From: Candidatus Izemoplasmatales bacterium
GTDB lineage: Bacteria; Bacillota_I; Bacilli_A; Izemoplasmatales; Hujiaoplasmataceae
Direction: 5' to 3'
DNA length: 39,124 nucleotides
Assembly: GCA_050177605.1 (NCBI GenBank)
Contig: JBFXGX010000017.1
Location: forward strand, 1-39,124
Every line of letters starts with the position of its first letter. The first letter of the stretch is position 1. The translations under genes were made by a program, and so were the position numbers. The notes under the pieces were generated by a model. That model did no database searches. It saw nothing but the letters and a program-made list of their open reading frames with translations, and had not been told where the DNA came from. Below, one piece after another: positions 18,458-27,847 of this stretch.

Positions 18458-19327
18458 ATGTCTACCTTAAGAAATATAGAATTAATCATCCATCAGCCAA
18501 GACAACACTGGGTTGGTGATGGATTTCATGTCAGTAATTACTTTCCAAGTGGAAAAAATCTACTGACAAGGTTTTCTCCGTTTTTGTTAATGGATTATAA
18601 TCCGAGAGAATATTTTCAACCTTCACTCGAACCTAGGGGTGTTGGAGCACATCCACATCGTGGATTTGAAACCGTTACTTTTGCATTTGAAGGAAGTGTA
18701 GAACATCATGATAATCATATGAATCATGGAATCATTTATCCAGGTGATGTACAGTGGATGACTGCAGGAAGTGGGGTCATGCATAAAGAATATCATGAAT
18801 CAAGTTTCCAAGAAAAAGGTGGGTTCTTTCATATGATTCAGTTATGGGTTAATTTACCGAAAGAATTAAAAATGACTTCACCTACTTATCAAGCTTTAAC
18901 TAAAGATACGTTTGGTGTTTTCGAACAAGATGGACTGAAAGTTACTGTGTTTGCAGGAAATTATCTTTTGGCGAAAGGTAGTGCAAAAACGCATTCCCCA
19001 ATGAATATTTATAAAGTGGATTTATTTGAGGGAAAAAGTGTCATTCTAAATGAGCCCAAAAATTATAATTTTGGATTGCTTGTGATTCAAGGTGAGATTA
19101 CTGTCAATCAAGAAACAATACAGAATAGTGATTTTGTTCTATTTGAAAATACAGAAGGCAGTGTGAGTATCCAAGCAAATGAGGAATCGTCTTTTGTCGT
19201 TTTAAGCGGATTGCCTTTAGAGGGTGATGTCGTTGCTTATGGACCATTTGTAATGAGTTCAAAAGAAGAAATAGAGCAAGCCTACAGAGATTATCAACAA
19301 GGTAAATTTGGAACAGAAAATTTCTAA
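18458..19327 (+). CDS. Pirin family protein
   Basis: VGDGF, SPFLLMD, HPHRGFETVT, VQWMTAGSGVMHKE, QLWVNLP, YGPFVM. Confidence 0.95.
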   Translation: MSTLRNIELIIHQPRQHWVGDGFHVSNYFPSGKNLLTRFSPFLLMDYNPREYFQPSLEPRGVGAHPHRGFETVTFAFEGSVEHHDNHMNHGIIYPGDVQWMTAGSGVMHKEYHESSFQEKGGFFHMIQLWVNLPKELKMTSPTYQALTKDTFGVFEQDGLKVTVFAGNYLLAKGSAKTHSPMNIYKVDLFEGKSVILNEPKNYNFGLLVIQGEITVNQETIQNSDFVLFENTEGSVSIQANEESSFVVLSGLPLEGDVVAYGPFVMSSKEEIEQAYRDYQQGKFGTENF

Positions 19328-19328
19328 T

Positions 19329-19356
19329 AAAAAAAGCAATCGGCCGATTGCTTTTT
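19329..19356. terminator. Bidirectional terminator
   Basis: Palindrome AAAAAGCAATCGGCCGATTGCTTTTT. Confidence 0.85.
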
Positions 19357-19360
19357 CTTT

Positions 19361-19894
19361 TTATTCAGGTGTTACTTCAGCTGTCGCTGGATCGTTTTCT
19401 GTGATGGGTGGCGTTTTTGGGAGTAATTTGAAGATAAAAGGCATAATGATTCCAGGTTTTAAATTAACCAAGATCGATAAGGCGAAGAAGATAGGAATGA
19501 AAATGAAACTGATTCCTATTTTTAAATCGACATTCGAATAATTACTTGCTTCAACAACTCCGTTTGAATAATTTAATAATAAAATCAAATAAAGCAAAAC
19601 ACTAATAACCAATTGTGAAATCATTACAGTTTTAACCTTTGCAGGTTTGGTTAGTTCATAATAAAAATATAAAAGAATTGTAGCCCACCATAAGAGACCA
19701 AATAACGTTCCAAAAAAGCCTAAATCTCCAAGTGCAAAGTAAGATGAATTTCCTGAAGCAGAAATAACTAAAAATGGTAATAATAATGTAAGATATGTGA
19801 GTAAATAAATCGCAAGCCTTGACGCAATTAAATAAAATCGTGGACGATCTTCGTGAAACATAGTTTTCACAGCAGCCAAAAGATTGTTTAACAT
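19361..19894 (-). CDS. Hypothetical 4-TM membrane protein
   Basis: Four hydrophobic segments; RBS AGGGGGA. Confidence 0.75.
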   Translation of the reverse strand: MLNNLLAAVKTMFHEDRPRFYLIASRLAIYLLTYLTLLLPFLVISASGNSSYFALGDLGFFGTLFGLLWWATILLYFYYELTKPAKVKTVMISQLVISVLLYLILLLNYSNGVVEASNYSNVDLKIGISFIFIPIFFALSILVNLKPGIIMPFIFKLLPKTPPITENDPATAEVTPE

Positions 19895-19963
19895 ATTTTC
19901 CCCCTATATGTAATGTGATAATTTGATAATAGCATATGATTTTCAAAAAAAATCACTTTTTAT

Positions 19964-19997
19964 AAAAAAAAACTAGAAAATTGTGCATTTTCTAGTT
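19964..19997 (-). terminator. Intrinsic terminator
   Basis: AACTAGAAAAT...ATTTTCTAGTT with T9 on the minus strand. Confidence 0.75.
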
Positions 19998-20009
19998 AAT
20001 TTATGACAT

Positions 20010-21893
20010 TTAGTTTGTATTAAACGATACAATAACACTACCTTGGGTGTTAAAAGAAATCGTGTCTCCGACATGTTTTGCAATAAAATATTGCATTTGA
20101 TCGATATCAAAATCAGAAACATCAAGTAAATAATAATCGCCATCAACTTCAATCCAGTACATCGTGTTTCCTGCGACGACATAACTGCTAATCGAATCGA
20201 TAATACCACTCACAACAACAAGGTCGGTACCAATGACGACACTCAAATTCCGAATATAAGCATTATAACTTTCAGTTTTTGTTTCACTCATACCATAGAT
20301 TTCTAAGTTTTGAACACTCATAAATACATTTCTTAAGATTCGTCCGTCTTCCCCTTTAATTAACATAAAGTAAGTTGGAACACCTTCAACATTAATTGGA
20401 ATAGGGAAGGATGATGTAATATTGTTTTGTGGTAATAAAGTAATTGTTTTTGCCATGGCCGCATATTCGGTTGCCCCTGGGAAGTAGAATAACTTTGTCT
20501 GTTTCCTAATCGTATCCATATAAACAAATCCAACCGTCGACTCATCACTACCAGCACTGGTTAATCCAGTAAAGTAGTTTAATCTACCATCGATGGTCAC
20601 TGTTCTTGTCCCTTCAGATGCTTGTAATACGCCTTTTTGGGCAAGGAAGCTATTGAACCATCCGTCTTGAAGAGAACCAAAATAATTGAGTTGTCGAATA
20701 AATAGCTCTTCAGGATAGACACTCTCAACCCAAGCGGGTACTTCACTTGGTTTGTATATATTTACTTCACCAGTCACTGCTTGAACGGTAGCGACCACTG
20801 CAATATCCCAACCACCATTGATACCAATGGTTGGTAGTGAATAACTCATAACATAATAAGGAACACCTGAATCATCAATTTCAAAGTATGAACTTTCTAA
20901 ATGATAGCTACTTAATCCATGATTGTAAGCATATCTTTTTAAATGATTATCATAATAAGCAGAAGGAGTGTATTTCATTCCAGCAGAATCTGATGGAAAA
21001 ATCACTAATTTTGTTTCTGAAGTGATTTTATTAATCATAATATACCCTGGTGTACCAAAATCTCTATTTTTAAACCATTGGAACCATCCGCGATACTCTA
21101 GTGGAGCTACTAAGTATTGAACCCCATTATATAAGATATCACTATATTCTCCAGCTTCAAACTCAGATCCAATCGCAGGGTACTCCCCTAATTTGATTGA
21201 TCCAAGTTTTTCACCGTAGGATTTATCAACAATAGGAAGGGTCGTGATATCAACGGTGTTGATTTCACTGCTAAACGTACCTTCACTAACTGAAATTAGT
21301 TCAGAATAAGCTTCTGCGTTCAAAAATACACGACCGCCGAAGAAAGAATACATAAAGAAGACAATGACGGTGGTTATACCAATTCCTAGATGAACATACT
21401 TCAGGGTTTTTCTAGGAACATCAATATATTTCTTGATAATTAAGTAAAGGAACTCTAAACCAAATAAAATATAAATGACCAATCCAACATTTACAAAATT
21501 AAGTTGGATTAATAAAAAGTAATTCATGAAGAAAAGTGAAAATAAAAGTAATGCAATAAATACGAGACCTCGAACTAAAGATGTTGATACTACACTTGTT
21601 TTATAGATAAGAACATCTTTTTTAATGAGGTAGTCAATTGCTTGATAACTCGTTTTTGTGAGCAAGGATAAATTATATTTTGTTGATTTTTGATGTGACT
21701 TATAAAATTCAAGGATTCGTTCCTGTGAATCGGTGGTTGGTTCGAATTCAATCGCTGTATTTAAGAATAAGGATTGTCTGCCAACCGTACCACTACCTTT
21801 CATCTCACGGTACAAAGAGAAGTAGTCTTTAAAGATGACACGAATAAACAAATAAATAACAATAAAAAAGGCTAAAAAACCAAAGACAAACAT
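20010..21893 (-). CDS. Conserved hypothetical membrane protein with large extracytoplasmic domain
   Basis: About 4 N-terminal TM segments, then VAPLEYRGWFQW, FEIDDSGVPYYV, VPAWVESVYP, FTGLTSAGSDES, GATEYAAM; ATG 21893 after GGTGG (ORF track starts at 21905). Confidence 0.75.
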   Translation of the reverse strand: MFVFGFLAFFIVIYLFIRVIFKDYFSLYREMKGSGTVGRQSLFLNTAIEFEPTTDSQERILEFYKSHQKSTKYNLSLLTKTSYQAIDYLIKKDVLIYKTSVVSTSLVRGLVFIALLLFSLFFMNYFLLIQLNFVNVGLVIYILFGLEFLYLIIKKYIDVPRKTLKYVHLGIGITTVIVFFMYSFFGGRVFLNAEAYSELISVSEGTFSSEINTVDITTLPIVDKSYGEKLGSIKLGEYPAIGSEFEAGEYSDILYNGVQYLVAPLEYRGWFQWFKNRDFGTPGYIMINKITSETKLVIFPSDSAGMKYTPSAYYDNHLKRYAYNHGLSSYHLESSYFEIDDSGVPYYVMSYSLPTIGINGGWDIAVVATVQAVTGEVNIYKPSEVPAWVESVYPEELFIRQLNYFGSLQDGWFNSFLAQKGVLQASEGTRTVTIDGRLNYFTGLTSAGSDESTVGFVYMDTIRKQTKLFYFPGATEYAAMAKTITLLPQNNITSSFPIPINVEGVPTYFMLIKGEDGRILRNVFMSVQNLEIYGMSETKTESYNAYIRNLSVVIGTDLVVVSGIIDSISSYVVAGNTMYWIEVDGDYYLLDVSDFDIDQMQYFIAKHVGDTISFNTQGSVIVSFNTN

Positions 21894-21923
21894 GTAATTC
21901 ACCACCCTTTAATAGATAAATGT

Positions 21924-21959
21924 ATTATACTCTATTCTTACTGTAATGTAAACATTACA
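21924..21959 (-). promoter_or_regulatory. Sigma-A promoter with perfect 18-bp inverted repeat over its -35
   Basis: Minus-strand TTTACA (21952-21947), 17 bp, TATAAT (21929-21924); TGTAATGT-AA-ACATTACA at 21942-21959. Confidence 0.7.
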
Positions 21960-22054
21960 TCCTTTCGACTATATTAAAAGAATATCAATTGTGAATTCAT
22001 ACTTTATTTGATACAATAGATAGATATCTAGTACCAGCGTAGAAAGAGGAACGT

Positions 22055-23413
22055 ATGAAACGCTTTATCGGAGATAAAACATTTTACAAAAACTTATTTA
22101 TCGTTGCACTTCCAATTGTAGTGCAACAATTAATTACATCCTCTTTACAACTAGTAGACAACATTATGGTAGGTCAATTAGGTGATAATGCGCTTGCGGC
22201 AGTCGGGGTAATTAATCAACTTAACTTTGTCATTATTTTAGTCACTTTTGGTGCGATGGGAGGAGCCGGCGTTTTAACGGCTCAATACTTTGGTTCTAAA
22301 GATTATGATAAGATGAAACAAACCTTTAGGTTCAAACTTTTGGTGGGCTTAATTGTCGCTTTGTTTAGCGTCGTATTCTTTACGATTTTTGGAAAGGGAC
22401 TTGTCAGGCTTTTCTCTCAAGATGACGAAGTCATCAATCTTGCCCTTGGGTATTTGAACATTGTTAAATGGGCAATGGTTCCTTGGTCGGTTAGTGTTGC
22501 AATATCCAATACATTCCGCGAAACAGGCGTTACCAAGCCGTTATTATATATTTCCTTTATCGCAATTATTACGAATACGGTATTAAACTACTTTTTGATC
22601 TTTGGTTCTTATGGCGCCCCACAACTTGGGGTTGAAGGGGCAGCGATTGCTACTGTGATATCAAGATTTGTTGAGTTTGGATTAATGACGGTTCTGCTGT
22701 TAAAAAAAGGGAAGAACTTTAGTACGAAAATCAGTAAGATTTTTCATATTGAATCATCAATTTTATCCTCTATCATTATCCTCGCGATTCCATTAACGCT
22801 CAATGAAGCGATGTGGTCATTAGGACAAGCCGTATTTTTACAAGCGTATTCTACTAGAGAATTAGCATTGCCTGCAATGAATGCAGCTGGCGCAATATCT
22901 CAACTAGTTTTTGTTACCTTTGGTGGTATTGGTACTGGTGTAGCCGTTCTTGTAGGAAATACTTTAGGTAAAAACGAATTACATGAAGCTAAAGATAATG
23001 CAAGAAAATTAATAGCATTTGCTGTTTTCTTTGCATTCATGATGGGAATCATTCTCTTTATCGCTAGTTACTATGTGATGGACTTATATTCACTTGGAGA
23101 TGAAACAGTAAAAATAGCACAGAGTGTAATTCGAATCAATGCCATTTTTATTCCGATATATTCATTTAATGTCGCAATCTATTTCACCCTAAGATCAGGG
23201 GGCGACACGAGATCGACTTTAATGATGGATTCTGGATATATGTGGGTTGTTAGCGTTCCTGTAGCCATGATTTTATCGAGATTCACCAATTTAAATGTTG
23301 TATTATTGTTCTTAATGGTACAATTTCTCGATATTCCAAAAATGATTTTTGCAATTACACGTTATAAAAAAGGACATTGGGTTAAAAATCTTGCAGTGCA
23401 AGAAACAGTATAG
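22055..23413 (+). CDS. MATE family efflux transporter
   Basis: ALPIVVQQL...VDNIMVGQLG, AQYFG, LGVEGAAIATVISR, LRSGGDT; about 12 TM segments. Confidence 0.95.
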   Translation: MKRFIGDKTFYKNLFIVALPIVVQQLITSSLQLVDNIMVGQLGDNALAAVGVINQLNFVIILVTFGAMGGAGVLTAQYFGSKDYDKMKQTFRFKLLVGLIVALFSVVFFTIFGKGLVRLFSQDDEVINLALGYLNIVKWAMVPWSVSVAISNTFRETGVTKPLLYISFIAIITNTVLNYFLIFGSYGAPQLGVEGAAIATVISRFVEFGLMTVLLLKKGKNFSTKISKIFHIESSILSSIIILAIPLTLNEAMWSLGQAVFLQAYSTRELALPAMNAAGAISQLVFVTFGGIGTGVAVLVGNTLGKNELHEAKDNARKLIAFAVFFAFMMGIILFIASYYVMDLYSLGDETVKIAQSVIRINAIFIPIYSFNVAIYFTLRSGGDTRSTLMMDSGYMWVVSVPVAMILSRFTNLNVVLLFLMVQFLDIPKMIFAITRYKKGHWVKNLAVQETV

Positions 23414-23427
23414 AAAAGGAGAATCAA

Positions 23428-24660
23428 ATGAAAACAGAATTATTAAGAAAATACGCTGAGTTAACTGTAAAAATTGGCGCAAATGTACAAAAAAATCAAT
23501 CTGTCGTTGTGAGAGCCACAACAGAAACAAAAGAATTAGTAAGATTAATTGTTGAAGAAGCATATTTAGCTGGCGCAAAATATGTTTATGTTCAATGGTC
23601 TGATGATTTTGTCAGTCGTTTAAGTGCAATTCATCAAACTGTTGAAACACTTGAAAACATCCCTGATTGGGTTGTAAAACAAACAGAATACTTTATGGAA
23701 GAAGGAGCTGCTTTTATCTCGATTACTTCTCCAATTCCTGGATTAAACAAAGATGTAGATCCAGTAAAAATGCAAAAAGCAGCGATTGCTTCTCAAAAGA
23801 AGCTTGGATTCTTCCAAACTTATTTGATGGGCAGTGGATCACAATGGACAATTGTTGCTTATCCAAATAAATACTGGGCAAAGAAAGTATTCCCTGATTT
23901 AGATGAATCTGCAGCTGTCGAAACATTATGGGATGCTATTTTGAATGCATCTCGCGTAAGAAGTGACAATGACCCTGTCGAAGAATGGAATCAACACAAC
24001 ACGACATTATTGGCACATAATAAAATATTAAATGACCTTGAATTTGAATCATTACATTTTACCAATCGTTTAGGGACAGATGTTGTTGTCAAATTGGTGG
24101 ATGAACATATCTGGGCTGGTGGCGGAGAAGTCAGTGAAAAAGGAACTTACTTTAATCCTAATATCCCAACTGAAGAAACATTCACAATGCCATCTAAGTT
24201 CGGTACATCGGGAAAAGTTGTTGCGACAAAACCTCTAAATTATCAAGGTAAACTAATTGAAAATTTCTATGTTGAATTTGAAAATGGAAAAGTCGTAAGA
24301 TATGGCGCAGAAAAAGAAGTTGAAGCGCTAAAAAGCTTAATTGAATTTGATGAGGGTAGTGCTTATATTGGTGAAATAGCATTAATTTCTCATAACTCTC
24401 CAATCTCTAATTCAAACATCCTATTCTATAACACACTGTTTGATGAAAATGCATCATGTCATATGGCCCTTGGTAGAGCATATACGATGAATATTAAAAA
24501 TGGTACGAAAACGCCAATCGAAGAACTAATCAAAAAAGGCTATAATAATTCAATGACTCATGTTGATTTTATGTTTGGTAGTAGCGATATGAGTGTTGTC
24601 GGAACACGTAAAAACGGCGAAAAAGTCGTTGTATTTGAAAAAGGAAATTTTGTCATCTAA
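23428..24660 (+). CDS. ampS: M29 family aminopeptidase (AmpS/PepS)
   Basis: PNIPTEETFT, IGEIALI, LFDENASCHMALG, HVDFMFG. Confidence 0.93.
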   Translation: MKTELLRKYAELTVKIGANVQKNQSVVVRATTETKELVRLIVEEAYLAGAKYVYVQWSDDFVSRLSAIHQTVETLENIPDWVVKQTEYFMEEGAAFISITSPIPGLNKDVDPVKMQKAAIASQKKLGFFQTYLMGSGSQWTIVAYPNKYWAKKVFPDLDESAAVETLWDAILNASRVRSDNDPVEEWNQHNTTLLAHNKILNDLEFESLHFTNRLGTDVVVKLVDEHIWAGGGEVSEKGTYFNPNIPTEETFTMPSKFGTSGKVVATKPLNYQGKLIENFYVEFENGKVVRYGAEKEVEALKSLIEFDEGSAYIGEIALISHNSPISNSNILFYNTLFDENASCHMALGRAYTMNIKNGTKTPIEELIKKGYNNSMTHVDFMFGSSDMSVVGTRKNGEKVVVFEKGNFVI

Positions 24661-24695
24661 AAAAAAGAAGCGTTCGCAAATTGCGAACGCTTTTT
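24659..24695. terminator. Bidirectional terminator
   Basis: AAGCGTTCGCA-AAT-TGCGAACGCTT flanked by A and T runs. Confidence 0.85.
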
Positions 24696-25875
24696 ATAAG
24701 TCATCGTCTTCTTTATCTTCATCATGACTATCATCCTCATGATCAGTATCATGCTGCTGTTCTTCCTCATCTTCTTCGTCTTCATCTTCGAAATCTTCTC
24801 GGTCTCGAGTGTAATAAATTTCTTCACTGTGGCCATAGACAAGTACTGTATAAGTAAATTGAACTAATCCTGTATTGATATTAGTAGTTACGTCAACACG
24901 AATCGAACCAGTTTCTGTTTCATCATCATGCTCGTTAATCGAATATGTAACATCAATATAGGTGGATGAGTCAGTGGTAACTCTAGATAGCCTGTAGTTG
25001 CCGAAATGCTCACCATCTGTGAAATCAATCTCAGTCACAATCGATTGATCAATAGAAGTGATCGTGATTTTGCTTGTATTTTGAATGATGCCATCTTTTA
25101 TAACACAATAAAAGAATTTTTCTACATGATCAGTGTCGTTCATATAAGCGACACTGACATAGTTTAATGCATCCACATAGCTATATAGAATATAGGTTGT
25201 ATTTCCATCTACATTAAATTTTTTACCTTCAATTGAAATATTCGAAGAAGCTTGAATTTCTCCCTTGATACCATAGATAAGGGATGAATCAAGTGAATCA
25301 GTAAACAGAGGATTGAAAGAGGAAAGTGTGTCATCATAATACTCATTATAAAAAACTTGATAGGTTACTAATTTTGAAGTTAAATCGTAGGTTGAATAAG
25401 TAAGGATTGATTGATAATTAGAATCTGTAGAAGCATCAATGGTCGCTTTGATTTCACCATCACTAGTAATAAATTGCTCTAGCATATTAAGATACATATT
25501 CAACGTGGAAATCTCTTCACCGACTTTAGGAGAGAATGAATCACTATACTCTATAGGATAGGTAGAAGCATTTAGAGCTTGTACTAATAAATCGGTTGTA
25601 CTGACTGCTTGAAATGCATAAATATCACTGGGTGATGCAAACACATTATTCTCGCTTGGACTTTGATTTATTGAAAAGAGTAATAATAGAACGACTAACG
25701 AAGTAGTTAAAATTAATCTAAAGATTCTTTTTTCTAAGAAATGAGTTGTGGATATTGTTTCAGGTAGAGCCGGCTCGAGTTCAATACGCTCGAAGTCTAC
25801 TTTTGAAAATACATCCGGTACATCAGATTGATATAATTTGTGAAGATCAGAGATGATCTTTTTTCTTAATTTCAT
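24694..25875 (-). CDS. Putative single-pass anti-sigma factor with extracytoplasmic domain and acidic His-containing tail
   Basis: Short cytoplasmic N-terminus (VPDVFSKVD), one TM (IFRLILTTSLVVLLLLFSI), ATGA-coupled to the ECF sigma. Confidence 0.7.
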   Translation of the reverse strand: MKLRKKIISDLHKLYQSDVPDVFSKVDFERIELEPALPETISTTHFLEKRIFRLILTTSLVVLLLLFSINQSPSENNVFASPSDIYAFQAVSTTDLLVQALNASTYPIEYSDSFSPKVGEEISTLNMYLNMLEQFITSDGEIKATIDASTDSNYQSILTYSTYDLTSKLVTYQVFYNEYYDDTLSSFNPLFTDSLDSSLIYGIKGEIQASSNISIEGKKFNVDGNTTYILYSYVDALNYVSVAYMNDTDHVEKFFYCVIKDGIIQNTSKITITSIDQSIVTEIDFTDGEHFGNYRLSRVTTDSSTYIDVTYSINEHDDETETGSIRVDVTTNINTGLVQFTYTVLVYGHSEEIYYTRDREDFEDEDEEDEEEQQHDTDHEDDSHDEDKEDDDL

Positions 25876-26396
25876 TTCGACTCCTTTCGATATTCTTTTT
25901 CGAGTTTTTTAATACCCTTCCGGTAAATCGAATAAACTGTGCCAAGAGGTAAGTTATGGATTGTGGCAATTTGATGGAAAGTAAGGTTTGAAAGATGCTT
26001 TAAAATGATGATTTCCTTCTCAACAGGGTCAATCATTTGAAGTGTTGTTTCTAAAAATAATAAGTCATCATGATTTTTGGCTTCATGTGTTTCTCTATAG
26101 GCTATATGATTTAAGGCAGTTTCTTCACGTTTCATTTTTCTTAAGTAATCAAAACTAATGTTTTTCGCAATTTGAAACAACCATGCGACAAAAGAATTCC
26201 CTGTTTGATAGGTATTCAACTTTTGCATCATTCGAATATAAGTTTCTTGCATTAATTCTTCAGCAATATCTTTTCTTAAGACAATTGAATAGATTAACGA
26301 GAAAACACCTTTGTAAGTGCTGTAGTACACTATTTCAAAGGCGTGGTTATCTTTGATCTTTAATTGTTCAACATACTTCTCTAGATGTTCTTTCAT
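25872..26396 (-). CDS. ECF-type RNA polymerase sigma-70 factor
   Basis: Region 2 AEELMQETYI...AWLFQIAKNISFDYLRK; region 4 LTFHQIATIHNLPLGTV; ATG 26396 after GAGG (ORF track starts at 26423). Confidence 0.92.
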   Translation of the reverse strand: MKEHLEKYVEQLKIKDNHAFEIVYYSTYKGVFSLIYSIVLRKDIAEELMQETYIRMMQKLNTYQTGNSFVAWLFQIAKNISFDYLRKMKREETALNHIAYRETHEAKNHDDLLFLETTLQMIDPVEKEIIILKHLSNLTFHQIATIHNLPLGTVYSIYRKGIKKLEKEYRKESK

Positions 26397-26470
26397 TTCT
26401 CTACCTCTAGAGTAGTATATCATAAATTAAAAACTTCAATCAAAAATAACGCATTTCCTAGATTTGGGGG

Positions 26471-27793
26471 CTAGTCATCCTCTTCGCTTTCATCCTCATC
26501 GTCGTCGTCATCGTGATAATGGTGGTCGTCTTCATCATCCTCATCTTCATCCTCATCATCCTCATTTTCATCATCACTAGTCTCTTCTTGGTCGTCATCA
26601 TTTGTTTGGTCATCACTTGGAACATCATCTGATGTACCATCTGGATTCACGACTTCATCCGTTGGATCTACTACATCAGAAGTCGAATTATCACCTATCT
26701 GTTGGGAATCCGCGACCGTAATATAATATTCATAACTGATTTCACCAGACGTTTGATTTTGAGAAATTATAATAAGCAAATTACCTTGTTCCTCTTCATT
26801 TAAACCATTTGTAATGTCATAAAGAACATTGACTTCAGGGTTTGTTTTTGATGTATCAAGCGTAAAAGTATAGGTTCCGTATTGGTTACCTTCGACATAC
26901 CCAAGTGTTGCGCTGAGTATGTCACCACTTGATGTAATGGAAACATTTGATGTATTAACAGTAACACCGTTGACGACAGTTTCGAAAAAGTATTTCTTTA
27001 GACCATCTGTATCGGTATTATAACGGACGCTTACATAATTTGAATTATCAGTATAAGCTCTTAAGATGAAAACATCTTCTGTACCATCATTTAATTGTTT
27101 TCCTTCTAAATAGGTTATCGTTGAATTAATAACAAACATCCCTGAGAAAGAATAGAATACTGCACTATCAAAGGTATCTGGGAAAGAAAAAGAATCATTT
27201 TCCAAGGATACTGTAAAATCATTTGCATACTTCGTCGCACCAGCAGTTGTATCGATCGTTGTCGTGGTGTTAGGAACGGTAGAAGTCGTCGTAGAAGTGG
27301 TGGAATTAGATGCGGAAGTGGTGGTTGTAGTCGTAGACGTACTCTTCGTCGATGTAGAAGTCGTAACACTGTTTGATGAAACATCATAATTAGTTTGAGT
27401 TAGATACAGGTTATATACGGTATCTATACCATCAAGGCTAGATAACGTGAACTGGACTCTGTTTTGGAATTGACTGTTATCAGAAGGGTAAAGAGCTGTG
27501 TCCAACGTGTAATCATTTTTTAAGAATTGTTGGACGGTAAATAAATAGCGTTGAATCAAATCTACGTCACTACTTAGCATAGAAGTAGGGGACACTGAAG
27601 AAGATGATATATAGACAGTGTTATCAGTGATACTGTTTGAAATGCTTTCGTTTAGAAGTTCCGTAGCCGCTACAGCTTCAAATGCAAAAATATCGTTCAC
27701 GCTTCCTAAACCAAGATTGATGTTGTTATCTTGACAAGCTGTAAAACTTCCCAAAACAAGTAATAAAAAAGTAGATAGTAGTAGTTTTTTCAT
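26471..27793 (-). CDS. Lipoprotein with Ser/Thr-rich insert and long acidic tail; paralogue of the downstream anti-sigma ectodomain
   Basis: MKK + hydrophobic stretch + lipobox-like FTAC; RBS GGAGGAG. Confidence 0.82.
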   Translation of the reverse strand: MKKLLLSTFLLLVLGSFTACQDNNINLGLGSVNDIFAFEAVAATELLNESISNSITDNTVYISSSSVSPTSMLSSDVDLIQRYLFTVQQFLKNDYTLDTALYPSDNSQFQNRVQFTLSSLDGIDTVYNLYLTQTNYDVSSNSVTTSTSTKSTSTTTTTTSASNSTTSTTTSTVPNTTTTIDTTAGATKYANDFTVSLENDSFSFPDTFDSAVFYSFSGMFVINSTITYLEGKQLNDGTEDVFILRAYTDNSNYVSVRYNTDTDGLKKYFFETVVNGVTVNTSNVSITSSGDILSATLGYVEGNQYGTYTFTLDTSKTNPEVNVLYDITNGLNEEEQGNLLIIISQNQTSGEISYEYYITVADSQQIGDNSTSDVVDPTDEVVNPDGTSDDVPSDDQTNDDDQEETSDDENEDDEDEDEDDEDDHHYHDDDDDEDESEEDD

Positions 27794-27819
27794 ATTCTCC
27801 TCCGTGTTTCTTTATAAGA

Positions 27820-27847
27820 TATACGTTTGGGATTCCTCTTTTTTTGA
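27820..27847 (-). promoter_or_regulatory. Candidate ECF-sigma promoter
   Basis: Minus-strand TCAAAA-N16-CGTATA, resembling B. subtilis SigW-type TGAAAC-N16-CGTA, ending 26 nt upstream of the lipoprotein ATG. Confidence 0.55.

Noticed and set aside
24657..27387. Met/Lys/Arg-rich ORFs 24657-24842, 26458-26640 and 27115-27387
   Set aside because: Alternative-frame readings of the D/E and S/T low-complexity tracts
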